Positions 1 through 11,752 of a DNA stretch of 33,386 nt are shown here, one piece after another. The DNA lies in assembly GCA_944384475.1 (NCBI GenBank), contig CALWTN010000050.1, forward strand, positions 1-33,386, in the 5' to 3' direction. The translations under genes and the position numbers were made by a program. The stretch comes from an uncultured Clostridia bacterium. GTDB lineage: Bacteria; Bacillota; Clostridia; Christensenellales; UBA1242. The notes beneath the pieces are model-generated. The model searched no databases, was not told the DNA's origin, and was given only the letters and a program-made list of their open reading frames with translations. Numbering within the stretch: the first letter of the stretch is position 1; every line of letters starts with the position of its first letter.

Positions 1-173
1 ATTGCCAAAATACTGTAAGCGCTGACACCTTGCGACAAAAGATAGGCGATTCTATGAGTCAAAAGCCTTGTTTTTCCACTTCCTGCACCAGCAGTCACCA
101 AAACAGCGCCTTGCGTTTGCAAAAGCGCAATTTGCTGTTCATTATTAAGCAAAGACAAATCAAAATTGTTCAT
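1..173 (-). CDS. UvrD/PcrA-family ATP-dependent DNA helicase, first 57 codons only (gene runs off the left edge)
   Basis: Own minus-strand translation from ATG 173-171 gives [57 protein letters not shown]. It carries helicase motif I (AGAGSGKT) in the usual PcrA/UvrD N-terminal context. It is absent from the ORF track because the window edge truncates it. Confidence 0.8.
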   Translation of the reverse strand, partial: MNNFDLSLLNNEQQIALLQTQGAVLVTAGAGSGKTRLLTHRIAYLLSQGVSAYSILA

Positions 174-200
174 GCGTTTATTTTAACAAATATAAAAAAT

Positions 201-527
201 TTAGTAAACCAATTTTTGCTCTCTTCTTTCAAATTCCTGTCTATATCTATTAAACTTTTCAATCACGTCAAGCAAGTATCTTTGCTTTTTATCTTCATCC
301 AACGAGTTGTAAACTTTTAAATCCATCAGTTCGCCGATTGGGTTTAAAGCATCGCTCTCCAAAAGCTGCATAGTTCTTGTTTTAAAAGATTCGTCTTGAG
401 AGGTTGAGATTATTTTAAACTTAACATTTGGGCTAAGCACGGCGTTTGTCTTTTTTATTGAGTTTTCTCCTTTATTCATTAATCTGTTGCGTGCATTTTG
501 CGCAAGCCTTTTAAGTTCTTGATTCAT
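201..527 (-). CDS. Hypothetical 108-aa protein, hydrophilic and helix-prone; family not recognised
   Basis: ORF track. ATG at 527 is preceded by a GGAGAG RBS (rc of ctctcc at 533-538). It lies co-directionally just upstream of the helicase gene. Confidence 0.6.
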   Translation of the reverse strand: MNQELKRLAQNARNRLMNKGENSIKKTNAVLSPNVKFKIISTSQDESFKTRTMQLLESDALNPIGELMDLKVYNSLDEDKKQRYLLDVIEKFNRYRQEFERREQKLVY

Positions 528-663
528 TTATCTCTCCTTTTAATTGCCTTTTTTCAGGCGACAAATTTAGTTTAAAACATGAGAAAAATAAATCAAAATA
601 AAAGCCAGCTAATTTTTGTCGAAAAAATCCGAATAATAAAGCATTTTTTTGTCTTTTAAATAC

Positions 664-694
664 AATAAAAAAACATGGCATAAAACCATGTTTT
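664..694 (-). terminator. Intrinsic terminator downstream of rpsU
   Basis: Minus-strand hairpin AAAACATGG / CCATGTTTT (670-678 pairs with 686-694) followed by a U-run. It begins 10 nt after the rpsU stop. Confidence 0.6.
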
Positions 695-704
695 AAAAAT
701 CATT

Positions 705-887
705 TTAACCTCTTTTTCTAGCGCGTTTTCTTGCAGCTTCTTGCTTGCGTTTTTTTGCAACGCTAGGCTTGTAGTAGGCTTCTTTTTTTCTGATGTCACC
801 AATGATGCCGTCTTTTTGGCATTTTCTTTTAAAGCGTTTAAGTGCGCTTTCCAAACTTTCGTTTTCGCCAACTTTAACCGTAGTCAA
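705..887 (-). CDS. rpsU: 30S ribosomal protein S21
   Basis: 60 aa: [42 protein letters not shown]..., a typical S21. TTG start with a GGTGGTGAG RBS. Confidence 0.95.
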   Translation of the reverse strand: MTTVKVGENESLESALKRFKRKCQKDGIIGDIRKKEAYYKPSVAKKRKQEAARKRARKRG

Positions 888-927
888 CTTATCTCACCAC
901 CTTCTATTTTCAAATTTATGCTTTTTT

Positions 928-956
928 ATTATATTCATTTATCACCGTCATGTCAA
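928..956 (-). promoter_or_regulatory. Consensus sigmaA-type promoter for rpsU (TTGACA-N17-TATAAT)
   Basis: On the minus strand, TTGACA is at 956-951 and TATAAT at 933-928, with an exact 17-nt spacer. It sits about 40 nt upstream of the rpsU start. Confidence 0.65.
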
Positions 957-960
957 GCAT

Positions 961-2187
961 TTACGCCAAATTTGCAAACGCCAATTTTTTGTTGCCGCCA
1001 GTTATGTTTACATCCACGATATCACCCACATTGCAAATGGCGTCTATTTCGCATTTTATGTAATTTTCTGTGAAACCATAACTTTTGCCATTTACAACTT
1101 CTTCAATAAGCACCCTGCCGAACTTGTTTTGTTTAATAAAATCGCATCTTAATTTTTCATCTAGTTTTTTTAACTTGTCCGCACGCATCTTTTTAACTGA
1201 AAAATCCAAATCTTTTTTCCTAGAAGCCACCGTGCCTTCTCTATGCGAATATGGGAATATGTGCAACCCTGCAAAAGCAATTTTTTTAATAAATTGCTGC
1301 GTTTGATCAAATTCCTCTTCGCTCTCTTCTGGAAAACCGACAATAACATCAGTTGTGATTGACGCAGAAGGAAAATATTTACTAATAAGCCTGCACGTTT
1401 TTTCAAACTCGCATGTTGTATAGCGTCTGTTCATGCGTTTAAGCACGCTGTCAGATCCACTTTGAAGCGAAAGATGAAAATGCGGACAAAAATTTTTAAG
1501 CTTGCTGAGTCCTTTAATAAACTCCTCGTCTGCAATCACCTCTTCCATAGATGAAAGCCGCATGCGCAAATTAAATTTATCGAGCTCTTGCAACAGCGGC
1601 AAAAGCCCAAGTTTTCCGTCAATTCTAAAATCGGAAAGATTTATGCCCGTAAGCACAATTTCTTTGATGCTGTCATCAAGGCTTTTTACTTCCTCCAAAA
1701 TTGAGTTTAAATCTCTCGACCTGCTCCGTCCTCTCAAATACGGAATAATGCAATATGAGCAAAAATTATTGCACCCATCTTGCACTTTTATGTATGCACG
1801 TGTTCTTGATTGAAGAGCAAACTCCTCTTGCTGATATTGTTTTGGCACATCGTCAATTTGCACTCCGCTTGAGAGAAGCGCAATTTTATTTTTGCCAGCC
1901 ACGCCTTTTATAAGCTCCGCCTTGCCTAAAAACTGACTAGGATTGTTTTGAGCCGCACATCCGCAAATATATATCTTTGCATCTGGATTTAATTTTTTGC
2001 ATCTTGCAATCATCTGCCTAGATTTTTTTTCGGCCTCGCTTGTGACTGCACATGTGTTTATTACATACGCATCTGCCTTTTCTAAAATATCGCTAACTTC
2101 CCAGCCTTTTTGCTTAAAAATGTTTAAAAGGCTGTCGCTTTCATATTTGTTGACTTTGCACCCCAAAGTTAAAACGCAAACTTTCAT
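961..2187 (-). CDS. mtaB: tRNA (N6-threonylcarbamoyladenosine) methylthiotransferase MtaB (radical SAM)
   Basis: MKVCVLTLGCKVNKYESD... N-terminal UPF0004 domain, radical-SAM CNNFCSYCIIP motif and C-terminal TRAM-like region. I prefer ATG 2187 (GGTGG RBS) over the track's GTG at 2196. Conserved position after rsmE. Confidence 0.9.
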   Translation of the reverse strand: MKVCVLTLGCKVNKYESDSLLNIFKQKGWEVSDILEKADAYVINTCAVTSEAEKKSRQMIARCKKLNPDAKIYICGCAAQNNPSQFLGKAELIKGVAGKNKIALLSSGVQIDDVPKQYQQEEFALQSRTRAYIKVQDGCNNFCSYCIIPYLRGRSRSRDLNSILEEVKSLDDSIKEIVLTGINLSDFRIDGKLGLLPLLQELDKFNLRMRLSSMEEVIADEEFIKGLSKLKNFCPHFHLSLQSGSDSVLKRMNRRYTTCEFEKTCRLISKYFPSASITTDVIVGFPEESEEEFDQTQQFIKKIAFAGLHIFPYSHREGTVASRKKDLDFSVKKMRADKLKKLDEKLRCDFIKQNKFGRVLIEEVVNGKSYGFTENYIKCEIDAICNVGDIVDVNITGGNKKLAFANLA

Positions 2188-2196
2188 GCTCGCCAC

Positions 2197-2898
2197 CTAG
2201 TTGCCTGAAAACAAACTGGCAATTCCTGAAAGCAAAATTGCCGCCGTCTCAGCCCTTAAAATTCTGTTGCCAAGCGAAATGTTTTGGGGTTTGGTTTGCA
2301 AAATTTGCGCTTTTTCTTGTGCCGAAAATCCGCCTTCGCACCCCACCAAAATTGCAATATCTTTTGCAGTTTTTAAAACTGAAAAATCAAACTCTTCGCC
2401 CTCACGCTCGTTGGCAAAAAGTTTTACTTTATGCTGCGCAAACCTCTCAAGCATTTCACTAAACGAAATTAACCTTATTTTCATAAAGTCCGCACGCTCG
2501 CATTGTTTGGTTGCGCTTTCTATAATTTTTTGATATCTAATTATTTTTTCGCCCTTTAATTTCATGGTTGAAAATTGGCTTTCGAAAATAAATAAATTTT
2601 TAATTCCCAATTCAACAGCTTTTTGCACAACAAGTTCCAACTTTTCTCTTTTTATCGCAGAAATAAATAGCGAAATATTGTTTTTTGCATTATTTTTATT
2701 ATTTTTTTTGCTTTTTACGCTTAAAAATGCAATATTTTTGTCAATTTTAATAATTTGGCATAGATAGTCACAGCCATCGCCATTGATGACAGTCACCTCA
2801 TCGCCAACATTTAAACGCAAAACATTGCGAAGATGAGTTAACTCTTCGCCTTCAATTATTGCATGCTCTTTTTCAATTTTTCCAATAAATCTTTTCAC
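2197..2898 (-). CDS. rsmE: 16S rRNA (uracil1498-N3)-methyltransferase RsmE
   Basis: 233 aa, MKRFIGKIE...EGEELTHLRNVLRLNVGDEVTVINGDG with a C-terminal SPOUT region (GCEGGFS). Conserved dnaJ-rsmE-mtaB order. GTG start. Confidence 0.88.
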   Translation of the reverse strand: MKRFIGKIEKEHAIIEGEELTHLRNVLRLNVGDEVTVINGDGCDYLCQIIKIDKNIAFLSVKSKKNNKNNAKNNISLFISAIKREKLELVVQKAVELGIKNLFIFESQFSTMKLKGEKIIRYQKIIESATKQCERADFMKIRLISFSEMLERFAQHKVKLFANEREGEEFDFSVLKTAKDIAILVGCEGGFSAQEKAQILQTKPQNISLGNRILRAETAAILLSGIASLFSGN

Positions 2899-2913
2899 GC
2901 AATTAGTTTACAA

Positions 2914-2943
2914 CAAAAAAAGTGAAATGGCAACACATTTCAC
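2914..2943 (-). terminator. Intrinsic terminator after dnaJ
   Basis: Minus strand reads GTGAAATG-TGTTGC-CATTTCAC followed by TTTTTTT (arms at 2922-2929 and 2936-2943). The dnaJ stop codon lies inside the 5' arm. Confidence 0.65.
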
Positions 2944-4049
2944 CTTTTTGAAAGAAAGTTTTGATATTTTGAATATGCCTTTGGATCAATTTTTGAATTG
3001 AGCTCTTCCAGCAATTTTTTAGTTGATTTATCTAAGCTCTTTGGAGGCTCGGCTTTTATTGAAACAAGCATGTCGCCATAGGACTCTCTATTTAAAATTT
3101 TAACGCCTTTGTTTTTAAGCCTCATCACTGTGCCTGACGGTGTGAGTTCTGGAATTGTGAGAGTGTATGGCCCTTTCAGAGTTGGGATTTCAACCTTTAC
3201 GCCAAGCAAGGCTTGCGTGAAAGGAATATAAAGGTCAAGATAAATGTCGTTGCCCTTTCGCACCAAAATTTTGTGCGGCGCAACTGATATGCGAATATTT
3301 AAATCGCCATTTATGCCATCACGAATTGGCGCATTGCCCTCGCCACGCATTTTAAGCATTTGTCCGTCATCAATGCCTGCCGGCACTTTGACATCAACTG
3401 TTTTAACAATTTTTTGGTAGCCCTTTCCGCCACACTTATCACATTTAACTTTAACAACCTTGCCTGTTGCATTGCAGGTTGTGCAGCCTGTCTCTCTAAT
3501 GGTTGTGCCAAACATGGTGTTTTGTTGAAAGCGAACCCTGCCGCTGCCATGGCAATCTGGGCAGACAGAATATTCTTTGCCGTCCTTTGCGCCAGTGCCA
3601 TTGCAAGCCGAACATTTTTCAATTTTAGAAAACGAAATGCTTTTTTCAACGCCAAAAGCAGCTTCTTCAAACGAAATGGACAAATTTACAAAGATATCTT
3701 CGCCCTTTTCCATAACTCTGCCTCTTGCGCCACCCCGCCCAAAAGAAGAGAATATGTCGGAAAATATATCGCTAAATCCGCCGCCAAAGAAATCGCCAAA
3801 GCCGCCCGCTCCGCCGCCACCAAATTGTGGCCCATCGGCAGAGCCAAACTGATCATAGTTGGCACGCTTTTTGTCATCGCCAAGCACTTCGTATGCTTCG
3901 TTGATATCTTTAAATTTTTCGGCAGCTTCGGGTGTTTTGTTGACGTCTGGATGATATTTTTTTGCAAGACGACGATATGCGGACTTAATTTCGTCCGCAC
4001 TCGCATTCTTTTCAACACCTAAAATTTGATAGTAATCTTTATTTGCCAT
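2940..4049 (-). CDS. dnaJ: Molecular chaperone DnaJ
   Basis: J domain (DYYQILGV...KKYHPD), a G/F-rich linker and four CxxCxGxG zinc motifs ([32 protein letters not shown]). Confidence 0.97.
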   Translation of the reverse strand: MANKDYYQILGVEKNASADEIKSAYRRLAKKYHPDVNKTPEAAEKFKDINEAYEVLGDDKKRANYDQFGSADGPQFGGGGAGGFGDFFGGGFSDIFSDIFSSFGRGGARGRVMEKGEDIFVNLSISFEEAAFGVEKSISFSKIEKCSACNGTGAKDGKEYSVCPDCHGSGRVRFQQNTMFGTTIRETGCTTCNATGKVVKVKCDKCGGKGYQKIVKTVDVKVPAGIDDGQMLKMRGEGNAPIRDGINGDLNIRISVAPHKILVRKGNDIYLDLYIPFTQALLGVKVEIPTLKGPYTLTIPELTPSGTVMRLKNKGVKILNRESYGDMLVSIKAEPPKSLDKSTKKLLEELNSKIDPKAYSKYQNFLSKR

Positions 4050-4066
4050 TAAAATTTAAACTCCTA

Positions 4067-6433
<2,367 letters not shown>

Positions 6434-6437
<4 letters not shown>

Positions 6438-7432
6438 GTTCCGTCTCCTCCTTTGATGTTTTCAAGTTCATCGGCAAGCAGTTTAAGTGCGCCGCTAACC
6501 ACGCCATAGTCCATGCGCTGCGGCCCGATAACACCCACCGAAAGTTCGATGCCGCCCATTTTTATAGGCAGTTTTACAACCGAAACATCATCCTCGTCTT
6601 CAGCCACCGAAACAACAATTTCTTCTTCGTCTGGATTGGTTTGCAACACTTCGATAAGCTCATCTTCATCTTCCAGCACTTTAAAAATGTTCTTTGCTTT
6701 TTCAATTTCGCCGCTTTCCAAAAGTTTGACCGCTCCACTTTTTTGAATATCCAAAAGTTTGCGGTTGTTGAAGCGTTTAAGCCCGCTCACCAAGCAATCG
6801 ACAATGTTTTGAAATTCTTTAATTTCATCGGTAAGCCCGCCTTCTTCAAACTGCTCCGTCATCTGTGCGATGGTTTTGCCAACAAAATGCTTTTTGAAGT
6901 ATCTGCCAGCGTCATCGCATTCACGCTTGGTTGCAGAGATGTTCAGCCTTTCGTTGATGTAGCCTGCATTAGTTCCAATCAGCACCAACACTTCTTGGCT
7001 GAGCAGCGGAATTATTTGAAAATCTTGCAAAATCAAATTTTCAACTCCGCTTGCCATAACAACAGTTGGATAGTTGGTTGCCTGCCCTATAACTTTTGCA
7101 ATCTGCGAAATTAAATCAGCAAGAGATGAAGTTTTTTGCTCAATCAGCCCCCTGATTTTTTCAAGCTCGCTGTTTGTGGCTTTAAAGTTTGAAAGCATGC
7201 CGTCAACATAAAAGCGATAGCCCTGCGCCGTTGGCACACGCCCACCAGAAGTATGAAGTTGCCTTAAAAAACCCATAGCCTCCAAAGCGTTAAGCTCGCT
7301 TCTAAGCGTTGCGGTTGAACAATCGAGATTTGCAATATTTTTAAGCCCGCCGCTGGTTATTGGACAGCAAGATGCAATATAATCTTCAATGGCAAGCCTT
7401 AAAATTTGTTGTTTTCGCTGTGAAAGTTGCAT
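6434..7432 (-). CDS. hrcA: Heat-inducible transcription repressor HrcA
   Basis: 332 aa. N-terminal winged-helix region (SQRKQQILRLAIEDYI...PITSGGL). First gene of hrcA-grpE-dnaK-dnaJ, with a CIRCE operator upstream. Confidence 0.95.
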
Positions 7433-7447
7433 TCAAACTCCTTAAAG

Positions 7448-7474
7448 TTGGCACTCTCGACTTTTAAGTGCTAG
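7448..7474 (-). promoter_or_regulatory. CIRCE operator (HrcA binding site), slightly degenerate
   Basis: Minus strand reads CTAGCACTT-N9-GAGTGCCAA against consensus TTAGCACTC-N9-GAGTGCTAA (15 of 18 positions). It lies between the -10 element and the hrcA RBS. Confidence 0.85.
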
Positions 7475-7478
7475 CACT

Positions 7479-7507
7479 ATTATATGCAGAACAAAAAAAT
7501 ATGTCAA
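7479..7507 (-). promoter_or_regulatory. Consensus sigmaA promoter of the hrcA-dnaK operon (TTGACA-N17-TATAAT)
   Basis: On the minus strand, TTGACA is at 7507-7502 and TATAAT at 7484-7479, with a 17-nt spacer. It sits immediately upstream of CIRCE. Confidence 0.8.
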
Positions 7508-7579
7508 CCAAAAATGACATATTTTTAAAAATTTTTTTTAAATATTTTTGCTAAATATTTTACATATATATTATATATT

Positions 7580-8773
7580 TTAATCTATTCTTTTCCTTAA
7601 AAAATCGCCTTCGTTTAATTGAAGCGGGCACGGGCAAGTGAAAATCATTTTTGCAACATTTGCCTTTTGAATGCTTTCGCCTTCCTCATTTTTCATGTCC
7701 GTAATTTTAAAGGTTTTGTTAAAAACAGCCTCGTCTGTGCTGAGCACTTCCACCTCATCGCTATTCTGCAAAAAGTTGCGCTGTTCTATTGTTGCAACGC
7801 CGTTTTGACAATTTTTAACAACGCCAACAAACTCATGCGTCTGCACAGGAGTGGAACTTTGCCTAAACTCCTTGTCCTGCTCGCCAAAGTAAAACCCTGT
7901 TGTAAAGCGGCGATGCGAGGTTTTTTCAAGTTCTCTCACAAACTCTTCGCCAGCCTGCTGAGGCAACATGTCAAGCGCCTTGCGATAGGCGTTTGTCACG
8001 CATGCGACATAGTAACTTGACTTCATCCTGCCCTCGATTTTAAGCGATTTAACGCCCGCATCTTGCAACTCTCTCAAATGCCTAATCATACATAAATCTT
8101 TGGAGTTTAAAAAGTAAGTGCCTCTTTCGTCCTCTTCAACTTCGAGTTCGTCTTCTCTAGACTGCTCACGAACAAAATATTTCCACCTGCAAGCCTGCAC
8201 ACATTCGCCGTGGTTGGCGTCTCTGCCAGCAAGATAGTTGGAAAGCAAGCATCTGCCCGAATAAGAGATGCACATCGCCCCATGCACAAAGCATTCAATC
8301 TCCACCCTGCCTTCAAGCGCCTTTGCGATGTTGGCAATTTGATTTATGTTAAGTTCTCTTGCAAGCACAATTCTTTTAACGCCCATATCTGCAAAAAACT
8401 GCGCCGAAGCAAGATTTGTGACGTTTGCTTGCGTCGAGACATGCACATCAAGATTTGGAAAATTTTTTCTGATGAAGCTTATTATTCCCACATCAGAGAC
8501 AATCACCGCATCCACGCCTGCCTTTTGCAAACCTTGCAAATATTCACTTAATCCTTCAAAATCTTCATCCTTTGCCACAATCTTGACGGTGACATAAATC
8601 TTTTTGCCTCGTGAGTGCGCCTCTTGGCAGGCGCTTGCAATCTCCTGCATGGAAAAATTACCAGCAAACGCCCTAAGCCCAAACGCTTGTCCCGCCAAAT
8701 AGACGGCATCTGCGCCAAAATGCAATGCTGTTAAAAATTTTTCATAGTTCCCCGCTGGTGATAACAGTTCCAT
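7580..8773 (-). CDS. U32-family peptidase-like protein
   Basis: MELLSPAGNYEKFLTALHFGADAVYLAGQAFGLRA..., with conserved Cys residues (CISYSGRCLLS, HGECVQACRWKY) typical of the U32 family. GGAG RBS. Follows tsaD by 8 nt. Confidence 0.88.
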   Translation of the reverse strand: MELLSPAGNYEKFLTALHFGADAVYLAGQAFGLRAFAGNFSMQEIASACQEAHSRGKKIYVTVKIVAKDEDFEGLSEYLQGLQKAGVDAVIVSDVGIISFIRKNFPNLDVHVSTQANVTNLASAQFFADMGVKRIVLARELNINQIANIAKALEGRVEIECFVHGAMCISYSGRCLLSNYLAGRDANHGECVQACRWKYFVREQSREDELEVEEDERGTYFLNSKDLCMIRHLRELQDAGVKSLKIEGRMKSSYYVACVTNAYRKALDMLPQQAGEEFVRELEKTSHRRFTTGFYFGEQDKEFRQSSTPVQTHEFVGVVKNCQNGVATIEQRNFLQNSDEVEVLSTDEAVFNKTFKITDMKNEEGESIQKANVAKMIFTCPCPLQLNEGDFLRKRID

Positions 8774-8781
8774 TTTATCTC

Positions 8782-9840
8782 CTATAAATCTATGCTTGGC
8801 CTTGCAGTCAAATCAAGTTCCGCAAGCCCCATGCCTTTTCTGATGTAATAATATGCTGCCGAGCCTATCATGGCGGCGTTGTCAGTGCAGTATTTCAGCA
8901 CTGGCGAAAACATTTCAAAGCCTTTCTCTTTGCAGGCTTTTGTCATTTTGGCTTTAAGCATGCTGTTAGCACCCACACCGCCTGCAATCACAAGCTTTTT
9001 AAGCCCCGTCATCCTCAGCGCTCTGATAGACTTATCGACAAGTTCATCCGTGACCGCCTCTTCAAAACTTCTCGCCACGTCCGCCTTGTTGAAGGGCTCA
9101 TTTTTCTGTTCAAATTTGTGGACGTAGTTAATAACCGAAGTTTTTATTCCGCTGAAAGAAAAATTAAGCGTGGAATGAAGCGAATTTGAAACGGTGAATT
9201 TTATGTTATTTTTTCCGTCTTTGGCAAGTTTGTCGATTTCTGGCCCGCCAGGATATGGCAAACCAAGCACACGAGCCACCTTGTCAAAAGCCTCGCCAGC
9301 AGCATCATCCACCGTGCTGCCAAGCAGTTTAAATTTGTTGTAGTCGGTGATTTTCATTAGCGCAGTATGCCCGCCACTGACCATCAGACATACAAATGGT
9401 GGCTGCAAAGAAGGGTGTGAAATATAGTTGGAAGCGATATGCCCATGCACATGGTTGACTGCAATAAGTGGCTTTTTTAAAGCATAGCTAAGCCCTTTCG
9501 CAAAGTTCACGCCCACCAGTAACGCTCCAACCAATCCCGCCCCGTATGTGACTGCGATGGCGTCCAGTTCCTCCGCCTTAATGCCAGCGGCTTTAATGGC
9601 TTGATCATATAGGCTTGATATAGCCATCAAATGATTGCGAGAAGCAATTTCTGGCACAACTCCGCCAAAGCGCCTGTGAATTTCAATTTGCGAAGCAACA
9701 ATGTTTGACAAAACTTCTCTGCCATTTTTAACCACACTGATTGCAGTTTCATCACACGAACTTTCAATGGCAAGGATGATTAAATCTTGTTTAGTTTTAA
9801 GCTCATTAAATTGCGCTTGCATATATTTTTTCATATTCAT
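8782..9840 (-). CDS. tsaD: tRNA N6-adenosine threonylcarbamoyltransferase TsaD
   Basis: ILAIESSCDETAISVV ... HVHGHIASN ... GGVGANSMLK. The start is uncertain among ATG 9840, 9834 and 9822; 9834 has the best spacing to the AAGGG RBS. Confidence 0.93.
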   Translation of the reverse strand: MNMKKYMQAQFNELKTKQDLIILAIESSCDETAISVVKNGREVLSNIVASQIEIHRRFGGVVPEIASRNHLMAISSLYDQAIKAAGIKAEELDAIAVTYGAGLVGALLVGVNFAKGLSYALKKPLIAVNHVHGHIASNYISHPSLQPPFVCLMVSGGHTALMKITDYNKFKLLGSTVDDAAGEAFDKVARVLGLPYPGGPEIDKLAKDGKNNIKFTVSNSLHSTLNFSFSGIKTSVINYVHKFEQKNEPFNKADVARSFEEAVTDELVDKSIRALRMTGLKKLVIAGGVGANSMLKAKMTKACKEKGFEMFSPVLKYCTDNAAMIGSAAYYYIRKGMGLAELDLTARPSIDL

Positions 9841-9845
9841 CCCTT

Positions 9846-10947
9846 TTATATCTTTTGCAAATATGCGTTAATAAATTCTTGAATATCTCCGTTCATAACC
9901 GCTTGAATATCGCTTGTTTCATAGCCCGTGCGATGATCCTTGACAAGTGTGTAAGGACAAAACACATAACTTCGAATTTGACTGCCCCACTCAATCTTTT
10001 TGATCTCGCCCTTGATTGCCGCCATCTGCTCCTCTTCCTCACGAGCCTTCTTTTCTGCGAGTTTAGAGCGAAGCATTGTCATGGCAACCTCTCGATTTTG
10101 AATTTGCGAACGCTGAGTTTGACACGCCACCACAATCCCTGTTGGAATGTGAGTTATTCTGATCGCCGACTCGGTTTTGTTGATATGTTGTCCGCCCGCT
10201 CCACTGGCACGGAAGGTGTCAATTTTAAGTTCTTCGGGCTTGATTACAATCTCATCATCTTCTTCAAGTTCAGGCATAACTTCCACGCTGGCAAAACTTG
10301 TATGACGGCGAGAATTCGAATCAAATGGAGAAATCCTCACCAGTCTGTGAATGCCTTTTTCACATTTTAAATAGCCGTAAGCATGTTCGCCCGAAAGCAT
10401 AAAATTGATGTTTTTGATGCCCGCTTCTTCGCCTTCCAAAACGTCTAAAACTGTAAGTTTAAAGCCCTGCTTTTCGCCATACATGCAATACATACGATAA
10501 AGCATGTCCGCCCAATCTTGCGCCTCTGTTCCACCAGCACCGGCATGAATGTTGATTATCGCATTGCAATCATCATACTTGCCACAAAGCAGCGTTACAA
10601 TTTTAAGTTCTTCGCAGCACTTATCAAACTTAGTCAAACTCGCTCCAAGCTCTTGATATAACTGCTGGTCATCTTCACTTTCACAAATTTCAATCAACGT
10701 TTGGATGTCGCTATGCAGATTGTCAAGTTGGTTTAACTGTTTCAGCAAATTTTCTTTGCTTCTAAGTTTTTTACCCACCTCGCTAAGCTTATGACTGTCA
10801 AGATAAAAATCTGGCGCAAGTTGCTGAGCTTTTAACTCTTCCACCTCACGCAAAAGTTTAGGCGCGTCAAAGACACTCCTTTAAAAAATCATATTTTTGA
10901 CAACTTTCTTTAAATTTTTGTTTCTCGGCATCTAAAATCATATTCAT
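9846..10947 (-). CDS. prfB: Peptide chain release factor 2, expressed through a programmed +1 frameshift
   Basis: Frame 0 reads MNMILDAEKQKFKESCQKYDFLKECL then TGA. The +1 frame continues DAPKLLREVEELKAQQLAPDFYLD ... SPF ... GGQHINKTESAIRITH. The length of 1102 nt equals 367 codons plus 1 nt. The track shows only the downstream frame (9846-10853). Confidence 0.93.
10866..10880 (-). other. prfB +1 frameshift cassette: SD-like AGGAG, 3-nt spacer, CTT TGA C
   Basis: Minus strand reads AGGAG-TGT-CTT-TGA-C. This has the same architecture as the E. coli prfB site AGGGGG-TAT-CTT-TGA-C. Confidence 0.9.
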
Positions 10948-10965
10948 CTCACTTTTAACTTGCCT

Positions 10966-10974
10966 ATTATATCA
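10966..10974 (-). promoter_or_regulatory. Candidate extended -10 promoter for prfB (TGATATAAT)
   Basis: The minus strand has TGaTATAAT about 20 nt upstream of the prfB start. No good -35 element was seen. Confidence 0.4.
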
Positions 10975-11007
10975 AAAAAATAAGTTTTTGTCTACCACAA
11001 CAGCGTT

Positions 11008-11036
11008 AAAAAACAACCTAAGTCTACCTTAGGTTG
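11008..11036 (-). terminator. Intrinsic terminator after the 222-aa gene
   Basis: Minus strand reads CAACCTAAG-GTAGA-CTTAGGTTG followed by TTTTTT. It starts 20 nt after the stop at 11056. Confidence 0.75.
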
Positions 11037-11055
11037 CTTTCTTATGTTTTGTTCC

Positions 11056-11724
11056 TTACATTCTCGGCGGAACAACCGGTCCTGATGCTGTTGGATACAA
11101 TGGCATTTCAAAAAGTCCTGGGCATGCGCTTGCAGTTGGAGCAGCATGGCATGGAGGAATAACTGGATAGCCATAGGAAGGAACAAGCACGTCAACAACC
11201 GCCGTCACTCTGATTATAACTTGCAAACAACCAGTAACTGTGAAGGTGTTTTCGCCCGTGTAAGAGCCAATTTCACTTGAAAATACTGCTGTTGCAGAGA
11301 TATTGACAGGAGTGACAGAAGGTTGAGGAACAAAGAGAACAACATTTTTGCTTACTGTAATAGTCGATCTGCCGCTGCCAAGCACGCCGTTGTTGTCACG
11401 ATAGTTTACAATCACAGGGATTGAAACTGTCGCACTAACATTTGCATAGTTTGGGCAAGCGTCCAATCTGTCAACCACAAGATCAGAGATAACGACTGGT
11501 TCGTTTGGAGCGTTTGCTGCCGAAACAAATGTAAGAGGCGTAGCAGGGCTGGCAGGCGTAAGGTCTGTTACAGGCAAAACAATTCCAGTTTCGGTGCTTT
11601 GTGAAACACAAGCATCAAACACTTTGGTTGTCTCAATCAAGATTTTTTCACAAATTCCATTAAGAGGATTTCCGACTATTGGGCCAGGTCTGCTTGGATT
11701 TGTATTGTTGATGTAAAAAGACAT
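11056..11724 (-). CDS. Hypothetical 222-aa protein rich in V/T/P/S/N, with six Cys; candidate spore coat/exosporium structural protein
   Basis: ORF track. Strong AGGAGG RBS 7 nt before ATG 11724, its own terminator and a sigmaK-like promoter upstream. No signal peptide or TM segment is visible. The family is not recognised. Confidence 0.7.
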   Translation of the reverse strand: MSFYINNTNPSRPGPIVGNPLNGICEKILIETTKVFDACVSQSTETGIVLPVTDLTPASPATPLTFVSAANAPNEPVVISDLVVDRLDACPNYANVSATVSIPVIVNYRDNNGVLGSGRSTITVSKNVVLFVPQPSVTPVNISATAVFSSEIGSYTGENTFTVTGCLQVIIRVTAVVDVLVPSYGYPVIPPCHAAPTASACPGLFEMPLYPTASGPVVPPRM

Positions 11725-11752
11725 TTTCCTACCTCCTGTTTTGTCTACACTC

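Noticed and set aside
656-871. 71-aa minus-strand ORF overlapping rpsU in another frame
   Set aside because: The rpsU frame gives a canonical S21 sequence. The alternative frame is Lys/Ala-rich because of the same basic-codon region.
3360-4022. 220-aa plus-strand ORF, and other overlapping ORFs, inside dnaJ
   Set aside because: They are antisense or alternative frames of dnaJ. The composition is an artefact of the G/F-rich and Cys-repeat regions.
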